This document shows positions 50,902 to 62,900 of a DNA stretch of 64,000 nucleotides, piece by piece (position 1 is the first letter of the stretch; each line of letters begins with the position of its first letter). The notes beneath the pieces are model-generated. The model was given only the letters and a program-made list of their open reading frames with translations. It was not told the DNA's origin and searched no databases. Both the position numbers and the translations under genes were made by a program. Origin of the DNA: Sphaerodactylus townsendi (taxonomy: Eukaryota); the NCBI RefSeq assembly GCF_021028975.2, contig NC_059431.1, positions 67,952,001 to 68,016,000 of the forward strand, in the 5' to 3' direction.

Positions 50902-53900
50902 GTGAGAGAAGCAACAATGCGAGCCTCCCGAATTGCATTTATAGAAGTGACATCCAGGAATCTTGGGAGGGTGGGAGTTCCAGGAAATGTTTGGGATCGC
51001 CGTTAAAACTGATTTAAAAAGGGTGATATAATTGAGAGTCCCAGCCCGAAGGCAGTCTCAAACGGCCTGACCATAAAATCCTCCAATCTCGGTAATAAGG
51101 GCCAGCAGAGGAAATGGCTTTGATCCAACGAACACTTGCTTAGAAGTAAATCCCACAATTGCCCTGGCGTTGGGCACCCAAAAAACAAAAGCCAGATTAA
51201 AAGAGCAAATCAAAATGACACGAAATAGTATATGTGAGCTTTTGAATTCTCTCAGGCTGGATTTTTAAAAGGGGAAAGGGGGGGGTCCAAGTCAAGCACC
51301 CTATTGCATCCTAAATCTGCAGTATTCCCACAACTGAAGCAGAAGAAGGCTTCAAGATGCTGGCCTCAACGAACACATGCATTGCTTTTAATGTCCAACC
51401 TGATGAAGAATTCTAGAGAATTCAAAAGCTTGCACCGTTCCCCCACACCCACTCTTCTACTTGGTATTTATAGAAATGATTGTGTGTCTTTTGTTTGGGC
51501 GTTTACTTAGAAGTAAGTCCCATGGAAAACGGTAACACTGGCTTTTGAGCATTGGTATTTTTTAAAAATAAGGAAAGGTGGTGTGACATTGCCAATGACA
51601 CCATTGATGATGATATCATCCTTCCTTGAAAACCCAACTTATTTTAGTCACATCCAGAAGAAAAGTAAACTGACTTCACAACTGTGAAGCTGCCCAAACT
51701 GATTCCAGGACTTCTGGATCAACTCCCAAGCAAATCAAGATTAACTCAAGTGTACAGGAAAGGCCTGGCCTTGAGCTCCTCCACAGCTAGTATAATAGCA
51801 GGGAGCAGCCAGATCACCAAGTGACAAGGAAGGACAATAGGAACAAATGGTACAGAGAGAATAACACATGAGATAATGGAAGGAGGGGAAGAGGGTGCTA
51901 TTGTGAACAAAAGGGGAACAAAATAGACCTGTTCTGCATCATATCTGTGTCTGTCCTTTATTACCGATAGCCCAACATTTGCTTAGCTCCATATAATTTA
52001 CAGTGACTGACTGGAGAATTGATCTTTAATAGCATCTTCAAACAGCCTTACTGAGTTCTTGTTGTATTTCTCTCTATGCTAGCCTTTTTAAAGCCTGCGT
52101 GTGCACATCATTCATTTTTGCCTCTTCAGTTTCAATTATAATTCCATCAGCCTCTGTTATTTCAATTAGATACATCCCCATTTATTTTCATTTGTCCCAA
52201 TAGATGAACAACAGGTTGGCTGCACTCTGAAGTCACTTCTAGGAGGGCAGGACCTGCTTGTTTCAGCAAAATATGTGGTTCTCCTGATCCACAAGAAGAG
52301 AAGAGTTGTAACTCTTTGTTGTTAAATATTCCGAGGAAACAAGTATGAATTGAGACCAACACCATCCATTCCCATTTCCATTTGTGAAATATCATGCATG
52401 TGACTTTCGACTCCCTGCTAACTTTTGAGACATAATAGTTCAATTGCAATGGAGTCCACTGACATCCCTGCCGGGTTTTTTCAGCATTTCTTGTGTTATG
52501 CCTGTAAGGAATATGTGGAAGATCTGGGGAAAATTTCCAAAGATTTTTTACAAGTAAGTAAAACATTTCTTACTATCTTTCAAAATATAGAATGAAAATA
52601 TTACTGTTTTATGCTAGTCAGTGATCAGTGTATAGTACACCCAGTGAATAAGTTTACCCCACATATGTTTTGATTTTTTAAAAAATTATATGGTAAATAT
52701 TGTACAGTCAGTGGGCCAGTGGCTACAGCGTGGTTTGTAAGGAATAAGTACTGCTTAACTTAGAAGTACATATTTTTTTATTTTTTATTTATTATTAAAT
52801 TTATATACCGCCCTCCCTCGAAGGGCTCAGGGCGGTGTACAAAATAAATATAAACAAACAGAGCATAAATTAAAACTAAGACAAATATGATATAAGCTCT
52901 GTGACATTACTAAAACCTTTAAAACAGCATTACAGCATTACAATATACAAAACCAGCATCCAAGAACTAAAACTAACCCTCTAAATTCTTCATGCTTTTG
53001 AAAGCTGTTTGAAAGTGTGAAATGTTTGTTAATGTAAGTTACTTCTTGTACTACTACCAGAAAATAAAGATTTTAATGATACTTTATAAAGTAGGTTTGT
53101 TTGCTTCATCACAGTTAGAAGAGATGTTATGAGTTTTAATACGCCCAACCAATTTTGGTATTGAATGGCTGTTTTTCTGTTTCATTTACTTTTGAAAACT
53201 GTGATAGTGCCTAGTTGTTAATGGCTCTGTTAAACTGTTGTTTCTGGCTTCAGTCCCTGTTCCTTTCTCTTTGCTTTTGATTTGGGCTAGTTAGCCGTAT
53301 GGGCTAGTTAGCAATTATCAGTCTAGAAGACAGACCTTTTCATCAGCAGCATTAGAGAACTGGCACTAAAATCCAAAAACACATCTGCCAGCAACACCAT
53401 TGTATCGTTACTGTGATAATATAAACACATTGTATCATTTGGAGAAACTGCAATACTCACAACTGTTAAAAAAAGCCTAAGTGTGGGCATAGGGTCATTC
53501 TATAAGAACTGGTATCAGTTAGAGACTTGTATTTATATGGTATTTTTGTTTAGGATGCAAATGTAAGACTTGTGGTTATTGGACAATCATCACATCACCA
53601 TATTAAGGTAAGTACAAGTGACATCAGTGACAATTTATTTAAATATTTATTATAAATTCAGCCTTCTTTACCTCTTGGCATTCCTTCCCATCAACAGTTC
53701 ACCTGCTGAAACATAATCCTTTGTTTTTCTTCTACTCCCCCACAACAGCACCAGTCAAAGTGCAGAGAAGGGCAACAAGGATGATTGAGGGACTGGAGCA
53801 CCTTCCCTATGAGGAGAGGCTGCAGCGTTTGGGACTCTTTAGTTTGGAGAGGAGATGGCTGAGGGGGGATATGATTGAAGTCTATAAAATTATGCATGAG

Positions 53901-56900
53901 GTAGAAAATGTTGACAGAGAGAAATTTTTCTCTCTTTCTCACAATACTAGAACCAGGGGGCATTCATTGAAAATGCTGGGGGGAAGAATTAGGACTAATA
54001 AAAGGAAACACTTCTTCACGCAACGTGTGATTGGTGTTTGGAATATACTGCCACAGGAGGTGGTGATGGCCACTAACCTGGATAGCTTTAAAAGGGGCTT
54101 GGATAGATTTATGGAGAAGTCGATTTATGGCTACCAATCTTGATCCTCTTTGATCTGAGATTGCAAATGCCTTAACAGACCAGGTGATCGGGAGCAACAG
54201 CCGCAGAAGGCCATTGCTTTCACATCCTGCATGTGAGCTCCCAAAGGCACCTGGTGGGCCACTGCGAGTAGCAGAGAGCTGGACTAGATGGACTCTGGTC
54301 TGATCCAGCTGGCTTGTTCTTATGTTCTTATGTTCTTAAATGGCATCCATACCTGGAGGAAGGTCAAAATAGGATATGTAGTTATATTTAATAATTGTAT
54401 CAAAGCAAATTCATCAAATGTTTAATTAGTTTAATGTATACATCAACTCCGGGCACATAATTAGGGGCTAATTTTCCAAGTTTGTGACCTCAGCTGAGTT
54501 CGAGTGGTAAAGCTTAAGTGAATACTTAAAGTGGTAAAGTTTAAGTGAATACTTAAAGTGAATCAATATATGTATTCCACAAAGGGAGTATACTAAAACA
54601 CATTTGAATAAATTCACTTGATTTCTGGGCATTGCTTTTAAGTATTTTGGAGCAAACGTGATTTTATTTAACATAGATACTTTAAAAAATATATTTAATG
54701 CCCTTCAGTAGTTCAGCCATTGTTGGAGGTATATTTTGCACCAAACCTTTTATCAAGTCCCTTTCAAATTGTAAACTTTGTAAATTCATAGCCATAGTTC
54801 TGACATTGGCTGCAAGGTTACCAACCTGGTCCCAAGTCCAGTTCAAGGTGTTGATTTTGTCCTTTAAAGGTTTATATGATTTGGGACTTGGGTATCTGAA
54901 AGATCATTTTCTACCATTTATTGCTGCCTAGAAATTACTATCTCAAGGAGAGACCTTGTTCACTATCCTGCCAATCAAAGAAGCTTGTCTGGTGGGCACA
55001 CAACATTACCTTTTGGGTGGCAGTCCCAGAATAATGGGGCAACCTCCCCAGGGAGTCATACCTGGCCCTTCACTGCTGATCTTCAAGTGATAGTTGAAGA
55101 TGGTTTTATTTAGGACTGCATTTGACTGATGTACTTTTTATTTATTTGCAGTTTTAACTGGAATTTTAACATTGTGAACTTTTATGGGTTTTTGGTTATT
55201 TTATTCATATACTTTTCATTGATTTTTTAATCATTGTTGTATTTATATTGTAAGCCCCCTTGTGTTCCACAAGGGAGAAATGTGGCTAATAAATGTTTTT
55301 AATAAATACATTGATGAGGCCTTATGATAGCAGCAGGGGCGTACCTAGGCAAACTGGCCCCCGGGGACAAAACCTGAGTTTGGCGCGCCCCCCCCCCCGC
55401 CCGGCATATGGGCCACCCTCCCCCACCATGACCAAACAATGATTTTTTGTACCAGCTCACAAAACACCTCCCACTCCCATCAAAACATATATGGCTCTCT
55501 CCCCACCAATTCTTTTCCTAATTTCCTAATCACAACAACCCTATGAGGTAGGTTGTTAGCCTCAGAAACAACTCCAAGTCAGTGCAAGTGGGTATTAAGC
55601 ATGTAAATCTCTCACAAATCACCCCCAGCAAAACATTTACCAAACAAATGTTAGCATCATCTCTCACAAAACACCTCCAGTGGAATCCACCCCCAAACAG
55701 TATCACTTCCAATGGTGTTTAAACTAGGGAGCTCAGATTCTTCTTTTAAATCCACCTTAAAGGGAGAATCTGGGGTCCCCGGTGAAAACAAAATTGAAAG
55801 TGATGCTGTTTGGGGGTGGATTCTTTTGAGGGTTGGAGATTCAGATGAAACAAATAGCAGATTCGGCTGGAATCTGGGCAAATTTGGGCAAATTTGGACA
55901 AAAATTGTCCAATTATGTCCTGCCAAATATGAACAAACGTGAATGCAAGGTATTTGGGTTTGGGGGGGTATTTTTGGTGTTCTTCGCCTGTGGATGATTA
56001 AAGCCATGGCACGATGATTTCAGGGCATCCAGAGATTGTCTTCTGATGATACCTCACCCAAGTTTGTAATGTTTGGTTCAGGGGCAGCAGTTGTGACGCC
56101 TAAAATGGAATGCTCCCATCCCCATTGTTTTCAATGGAGCTAACCTGAGATGGGGGCTACTCCATTTGAGGGACCATAACTTTGTCTCCTGAATATAACT
56201 TCACCAAACTTGGTGGCACGATCATAAGAATAGTTACCAGGATGACACCCTGAAATTTTGGTGTCACTAGCCAAAATATATCCCTTCCATAACCCCAAGA
56301 AATTTGCCTAAGATTCTTTGTTTTGCAGTGACTTTGCTCCACAGCTAATGAGGAATTTCTGAGGCAGGCTGCACATTTTGAAGATAGAGGTGCCAGACTT
56401 TCAAGGTGGCTCCAAGAGGCCTTGAGTACAGCATCCAAGCTTGGTGAGCTTTGCTTCTGGAGTGGGAGTTGAGAGAGTTCTGAGAGAGCTCAGCCCACAG
56501 GAGTGGTGGAAACAAGGCTTCCTTTAAATAGCCCATAAAATTGAACCCCCAGAAGCAAAGGTCTCCAAACCTGATGCTATTACCAGGAGGTCTCCTTGAG
56601 CTATCACTCCTGAAAGTCTGGCAGTTTCTATCTTATAAATGCAGCCTGCCTTACTAATTAGAAATTCCCATTGGCTACAATGGAGCAAAGTCACTGCAAA
56701 ACAAAGAATCTTGGGCAAATTTCTTGGGGTGCCTGAAGTATTTTAAAGCTATGACACCAAATTTTCAGGGTATCATCTGGTATCTATTCTTATGATGCTA
56801 CCTGCGAGCATGTCTGGGGGACTAACGCAGGTCCTCAAATGGGTGCCCCATCCCAGGTTAGCTCCCATTGAAAACAATGGGGATGGGGCACCCCTTTGGG

Positions 56901-59900
56901 GGGTCCATAACTTTGCTGCCCCTGAACCAATAAACATCAATTTTAAGTGGGTATCATCAGGACAGTCTCTGGATGGTACTCCTGAAATTTTGGTGCCACT
57001 AGCCTTAAAAAAATGCTACTCTGTGAAACCGGAATGTGAAAACACTTAAATATTTAAAACACACAAAGACTCCTTGAGGTCGTTACTCTACTTTAGGGAT
57101 CAGTCAGTTTCAGGACATAGGGTACCCCCTGTCCCTAGGCAGGAATGCCACTGGATAGCAGTCATGCAGCACAACCCTGGAGAAAGTCCAATTTAATTCA
57201 ATGTGATACCATGGGCCTAAAAGTGCAGTTTTACAGTCCCATTCAAAGGAGGGGGAGAGCTAGTGGGAGCTGCGTGTCTTCATGGTGGGGCTTTTGCCCT
57301 CTCCTGGACACTTACCCCAGCAGAGGGCCAGGCACACCAGAGCCAGTCACCCCACAGCTCTGCCACTGCAGAACCTGGAAGTTTAGACTGTGGCGAGGCT
57401 GTTCTGGTGTCCCACCAGCAGAAGAGGGAGTGGACCGGAGTATTCACAGTGGTGGAGTTGACTTTAGTTGGCTCCCCACCAGGATTGAGGGCAAATAGCT
57501 CGGCATACTGGCCCTCAGACATATGCCTGCCTATTGGCAGTGTACATCCCTTCAGCCCTATGTGGCTTTTTGGCAGTTGGGAGGGCCAGGGCTTTCCCTT
57601 GCTCCCTGTGCCACCAAAAAACCTTCTGGAGACAGTAGGGCAGTGCTGTATTGGCTCTGTGGCCCACCACCTCCGGGTTTGGATGGGGCTGCCCATTTTC
57701 CAGGCAATATGAAAAACTTTGTAATTAATTCAATTGATACTTACATATTTCTTGCAGCCGTTTTGTAATTTGACAGGTTATCCCCATGAAATGTTTGTAG
57801 ATCCTGAAAGGAAAATTTATAGAGCTCTTGGCATGAAAAGAGGGGAAACATCCATCACATCAGGTAGGAAATAGTATAAAATGTGAAGAGTAATGACTTC
57901 AGCTCAAGAAGCACGAAAGAATATACATTGTTTTTACATTGAATATACATTATTTGAATATAAAGTGGATAGTTTCAAAACCAGCCCACACAGAGGGAAA
58001 GTAAGAGTTTCTGCAAGGATGCAGAATCACATGACTATGCACATTTTTTAAAAAATCAAAAAAGTGGCTGAATGAGAACCAAATATGCTCCAAGAAGCAC
58101 AGACTAGCCCTGTTCATATGTTGAAGTGAATGAACATAGTATGAACAAACATAGTATGTATGTGTGTACTCAAATGAAATCAGGAACCAGTCCTTGGATT
58201 AATGTGCGGTTTGAGACACACATTCACCTGAATATGCACTGAGAACTACTGAAAGCATGTATAAAAACTGATCAAGTGTACATGGCTTCTACTTATCTTC
58301 ACTGTAATTTGAGAACAGGCTAATATTGAAAGCCACTGACAGTCAATTAAGGGGGAATATAAGGAAGGTGAAATAGACCAGTTCAAACTTATGAAAGGAT
58401 AGAAACCTGGAAGGGAAGATTTAAGGGGAAAGTATTTTCAAACTGTTTATTCCCCTCTAATAAATCAAAGTTCCCAACTTGTTTCCTTTAGGAGCATACT
58501 GCATGGTGACAGATCTTTATTGTGAAGGTAGTGAAAGGTGCCAAACTACAGAAGAGTTTGATGTTCCTATATATACAGGAGTCTTCTTTGGTATGCAGAA
58601 AAATATTAATTTGTAGATTAGGAAAAAAATACAGATCAACCACCAAAATGATTTTGTTAGACTGAGCATGTTCATTCTCATTGGAATGCTGAGAGTGGCT
58701 GGCATAGAGAACAAACTAGAAGCCCCTAAGAGAGGGAAGTTTGGGTCATGGGGAGTTTCATATTTATTCCCCTTCTTCATGATTCTCGTATCATCAGGGA
58801 CACTATCAATAGCCAGACAAATGAAAAAGTGATATATCATTGATGTATAATAATGAATAAATGTCACACCCATTAATTGTCTCCATGTATTTCATGGATC
58901 ACTAGTTTGAACTCTAGGGTTTACAAGAAGCCACTCACATATGTAACATATTTACAACTTATCTTTCCATCAGCAAATTAGGATCCCTCAAGCATCCTCT
59001 ACTGCCCCCCCCCCACAAAAAAACCCCCATACTGTACATGTAGCACTGCACAGCAGAGTTATTCAGATGGGTTCTACAGATATTCAAACAGTGTGATCCT
59101 AAGTATATTTCATTGCTGTTAAGACCTTTAATTTTAGTTGAATTATTTTCTCAGTACAAGATTACAGCATACTTGCAAAGCAAATGTCAATTCTCAAGCC
59201 ACATATGCTTAATCTTCTGTATTACACTATTTCAGTACAAAGTCCTCATGTCAAATCCAATTTGCTATCAGGAAGCATTAAGAGCATGTGGAGAGCCATG
59301 GCTAGCCCTGCATTTGATTTCCAAGGAGATCCAGCTCAGCAGGGAGGGACTTTGATTTTAGGTCCAGGTAAGACTTTAAAGAAATGTATAGTTCTGTCTG
59401 TGAATGTCTTTTCACTCCTTGCTGCATCTGTTTGACATGGAAAGATAATGGCCTTTTCCACACAAATTGTGTACACAAATTGTTTACAGTGCCACATTTT
59501 TTTCTTTGAATTCCACTTGTTTTTTCATCTGTTTGGTTCTGAAAACTTCCCCATCATTTTTCCTCTGCTGTTTTCCCAAGTGCCTTTACCACAATTTTTA
59601 AAAATCCACTTCTGAACCAGCTTCCCTTGAGCATGCAATCATGTTGAAACAGTCTTTATTTTTTCACCCTGCCAAATACCTGGCCCTTATCCACGCCCCC
59701 ATGTAGTTGTCACTTCAGCCATTTTCTCCTCCCTCTCAAAAAGACATTAAAAAATCTTTGTCATATGAAACTAGTGATGTACTGTTGAGGCAGAAATACA
59801 AAGAAACATGGTTGATTGGATCAGCTTCATTAATTTCATATCAAACTAGCAATGTAACGTTAGGGCACAGAGTGTGTGGGATAAATGCAAATAAAGATAC

Positions 59901-62900
59901 GAGGGGGAGGAAACCCAAAATGATGGGGTAGGAATGGAAAAGGAGGTATGTGGAATGATTTCACAAAAAACATTTCTAAAACACAAGGGTTTGGACCAGT
60001 GGGAAAATCTGTGGTAAGCTGTAGATGCAGAAAAGGCCCATCTTAAGTTGGAAATGTCATGTTGCATTTCTTCTCACTTAAGATGGTATTAGGGTTGCCA
60101 ATAGGCCGAGAGAGAAAAAAATCCTGTCTATTTCTCAGAAGCTTTGAGTGGAAATGGCCAGCTGGAGCTTTTCATGGTACTGAAGTAAATAGCATTACCT
60201 GGTAAATACCATCCCATTAAGCCTCTATTACAGAAACAGAACATTTTTTTCTAGGCTATTGGCAACTGAAGAAGAATTGGAGCTCTCTTGGTACTCTTTC
60301 TTAACTCTGCAGTGACTATGACTGCAGTCCTTAGGACACTGCCTTCAGAATGAGCCTCATTGAATAACATGGAAATGTTATTCAGGTAAAGAAGAAGAGG
60401 AGGAGGAGTTTGAATTTATACCACCCCTTCTCTCCTGTAAGGGGTTTACAAACTCCTTTCCCTTCCTCTGCCTACACTCCATGTTTAGGTGGAATCTCTT
60501 TTCCTTCATCTTGACCCATTACTCCTGGTCCTAGTCTCTGGAGCAGCAGAAAACAAGCTTGCTCCCTCACCAACATGACATTCCTTCAAATAGGTAAACA
60601 TGGCTATGATGTTACCTCTTAACCTTCTCTTCAAACTAAACATATCCAGCTCCCTAAGTCTCTCCATATAGGGCATGGATTCCAGACCTTTTACCATTGC
60701 CCTCCTATGGACCCATACTAGCTTGTCAATATCCTTCTTGAATTGTGGTACCCAGAATTGTACACAATATTCCAGGTGAGGTCTAACCAATGCAGAATAG
60801 AGAGGTACAATTACATGATAGTGTGAATATGGGAAAAAAAGGAGAATGGGGGGATTTTTTTGCTGTCTCAAACAGAAATCCAATACATCTATATCTGAGA
60901 TTCTATTTTAACAATCATCTCTAAATCTGAATCTAACCTGCCAACCATGTTGGCTGCAAAGTGATATAGGAGGCTGTCACAATAGTTTAAACAGAGAAGC
61001 GTGATGAGAGGCTTCACTCCTGCATCCAATTACAGAATATGGACTAAATGATTTTAAAGGGTTTTGCCTATTCAAACCAAACTAAACCATTTTAAAAAGG
61101 TTTTGCTTGTTCAAACTGTTTTGTGGCAAAGTTCTCCAGAATTTATCTATTAAAGGCTGATTATCAACCTTTAAATTTGATACTACAAATAAGTAAGGCA
61201 TCAATTTAGTTCTTCAAATATAACCAGCAAATCAGTGTCTGTAGAGACTTCTATCTTTTATTGGGGAGGGGGGGGGAATAGTTTTTATTATGCAAGCTCC
61301 AACTCATCCAGAATGCAGCAGCAAGGGTTCTTACAGGATCTTCATGGCAGACACACATACAACCTGTGCTCGCCAGCTGCACTGGCTTTGGGTGGAACAC
61401 CAAATTAGGTGCAGATTTCTTGTACTAACATACAAAGTCCTAAATGTTCTGGGACCTGCATACTTACAGGCAGCCTCTCCTGGTGTGCCACCCAAAGAGT
61501 GCTTCAGTCACCAAATTCCAACTGACTTGTGATCAAACTTACCAGCCCCAATGAAACCAGGGTTAGGACTTTTTCAGCCCTGAAGCCAATCTGGCGTAAT
61601 GCTCTGTGAGGAGACTAGAGTCCTATGCAGCTTAATGCAGTTCTGCAGGGCCTGTAAGGCAGAACTGTTCTGCCAGGCATATGGTTGAGGCAGCTACAGT
61701 TGTCATCTAGACCTCCTACAACCATTGCTAACTTCCATCAACTGCTAACGTTTTAACATCTGTGATTTCTAGCTTATTCTGATTTTTAATTACCAACAAA
61801 TTGTCAAGGGCCCCTCAGTGTGGTGAGTTTTACTGTTACATTTAATTCTGGTTTACCACTTGGGGTTATTTTATCTTTATTGGTTGTTTTACTTGATGTT
61901 TTTAATATTTATTACTAATGTTATTTAATGTTTATGGGATTGTTGTATGCCATCCCAAACCTGGAACAGGAGGGACAGTCTATCAAATCTTATAAATAAA
62001 TGCAAACATTAATCCTACAATTGTTGTAGAAATAACTGCTAAAATTTTCAAAGTTCCTAACATTGGCTAATTATAACATAATTATAAAATACAAACCAAG
62101 GTTGAGGTTTTTATCTCACTACTTTCAGAGATTTTCAAAAAATCCCAAGTTACATACAACCAGAAATCGCATCTAATCTTTTTTTAAGACTTTCATCCAG
62201 AGAAATCTGATTTCCTTATCATGGTAATGCATATTTATAGAAAATAGCAATCTTGTCTTCCTCTAAATCTCTTCTGTCATAATCATATGAGGAGAGGCTG
62301 CAACGTTTGGGACTCTTTAGTTTGGAGAGGAGACGTCTGAGGGGGGATATGATTGAAGTTTATAAAATTATGCATGGGGTACAAAATGTTGACAGAGAGA
62401 ATTTTTTCTCTCTTTCAAACAATACCAGAACCAGGGGGCATTCATTTAAAGTGCTGGGGGGGGGGAGCGAATTAGGACTAATAAAAGGAAACACTTCTTC
62501 ACGCAATGTGTGATTGGTGTTTGGAATATGCTGCCACAGGAGGTGGTGATGGCCACTAACCTGGATAGCTTTAAAAAGGGCTTGGACAGATTTATGGAGG
62601 ATCTTGATCCTCCTTGATCTCAGATTGCAAATGTCTTAGCAGACCAGGTGCTCAGGAGCAGCAGCAGCAGAAGGCCATTGCTTTCACATCCTGCATGTGA
62701 GCTCCCAAAGGCACCTGGTGGGCCCTGCAAGTAGAAGAGTGCTGGACTAGATGGACTTTGGTCTGATCCAGCAGGCTAGTTCTTATGTGATTACTATCTA
62801 GACACATGATTGGCTCTTAACTGAATATGAGATAATTAAAACAAGTGCAATGAGCCAATCATCAGGGGCTTATGAGTTTCATCTGATAAAGCAAGAAGGC

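Noticed and set aside
50343-51006. Overlapping ORFs of 162, 118 and 103 aa at the PRXL2C 5' end
   Set aside because: By-products of GC-rich promoter DNA; only 50710-50901 is coding.
54503-54562. 27-bp tandem duplication (GTGGTAAAG.TTAAGTGAATACTTAAA x2); similar 20-bp duplication at ~18899-18938
   Set aside because: Simple local slippage duplications without spacers; not CRISPR-like and no functional cue.
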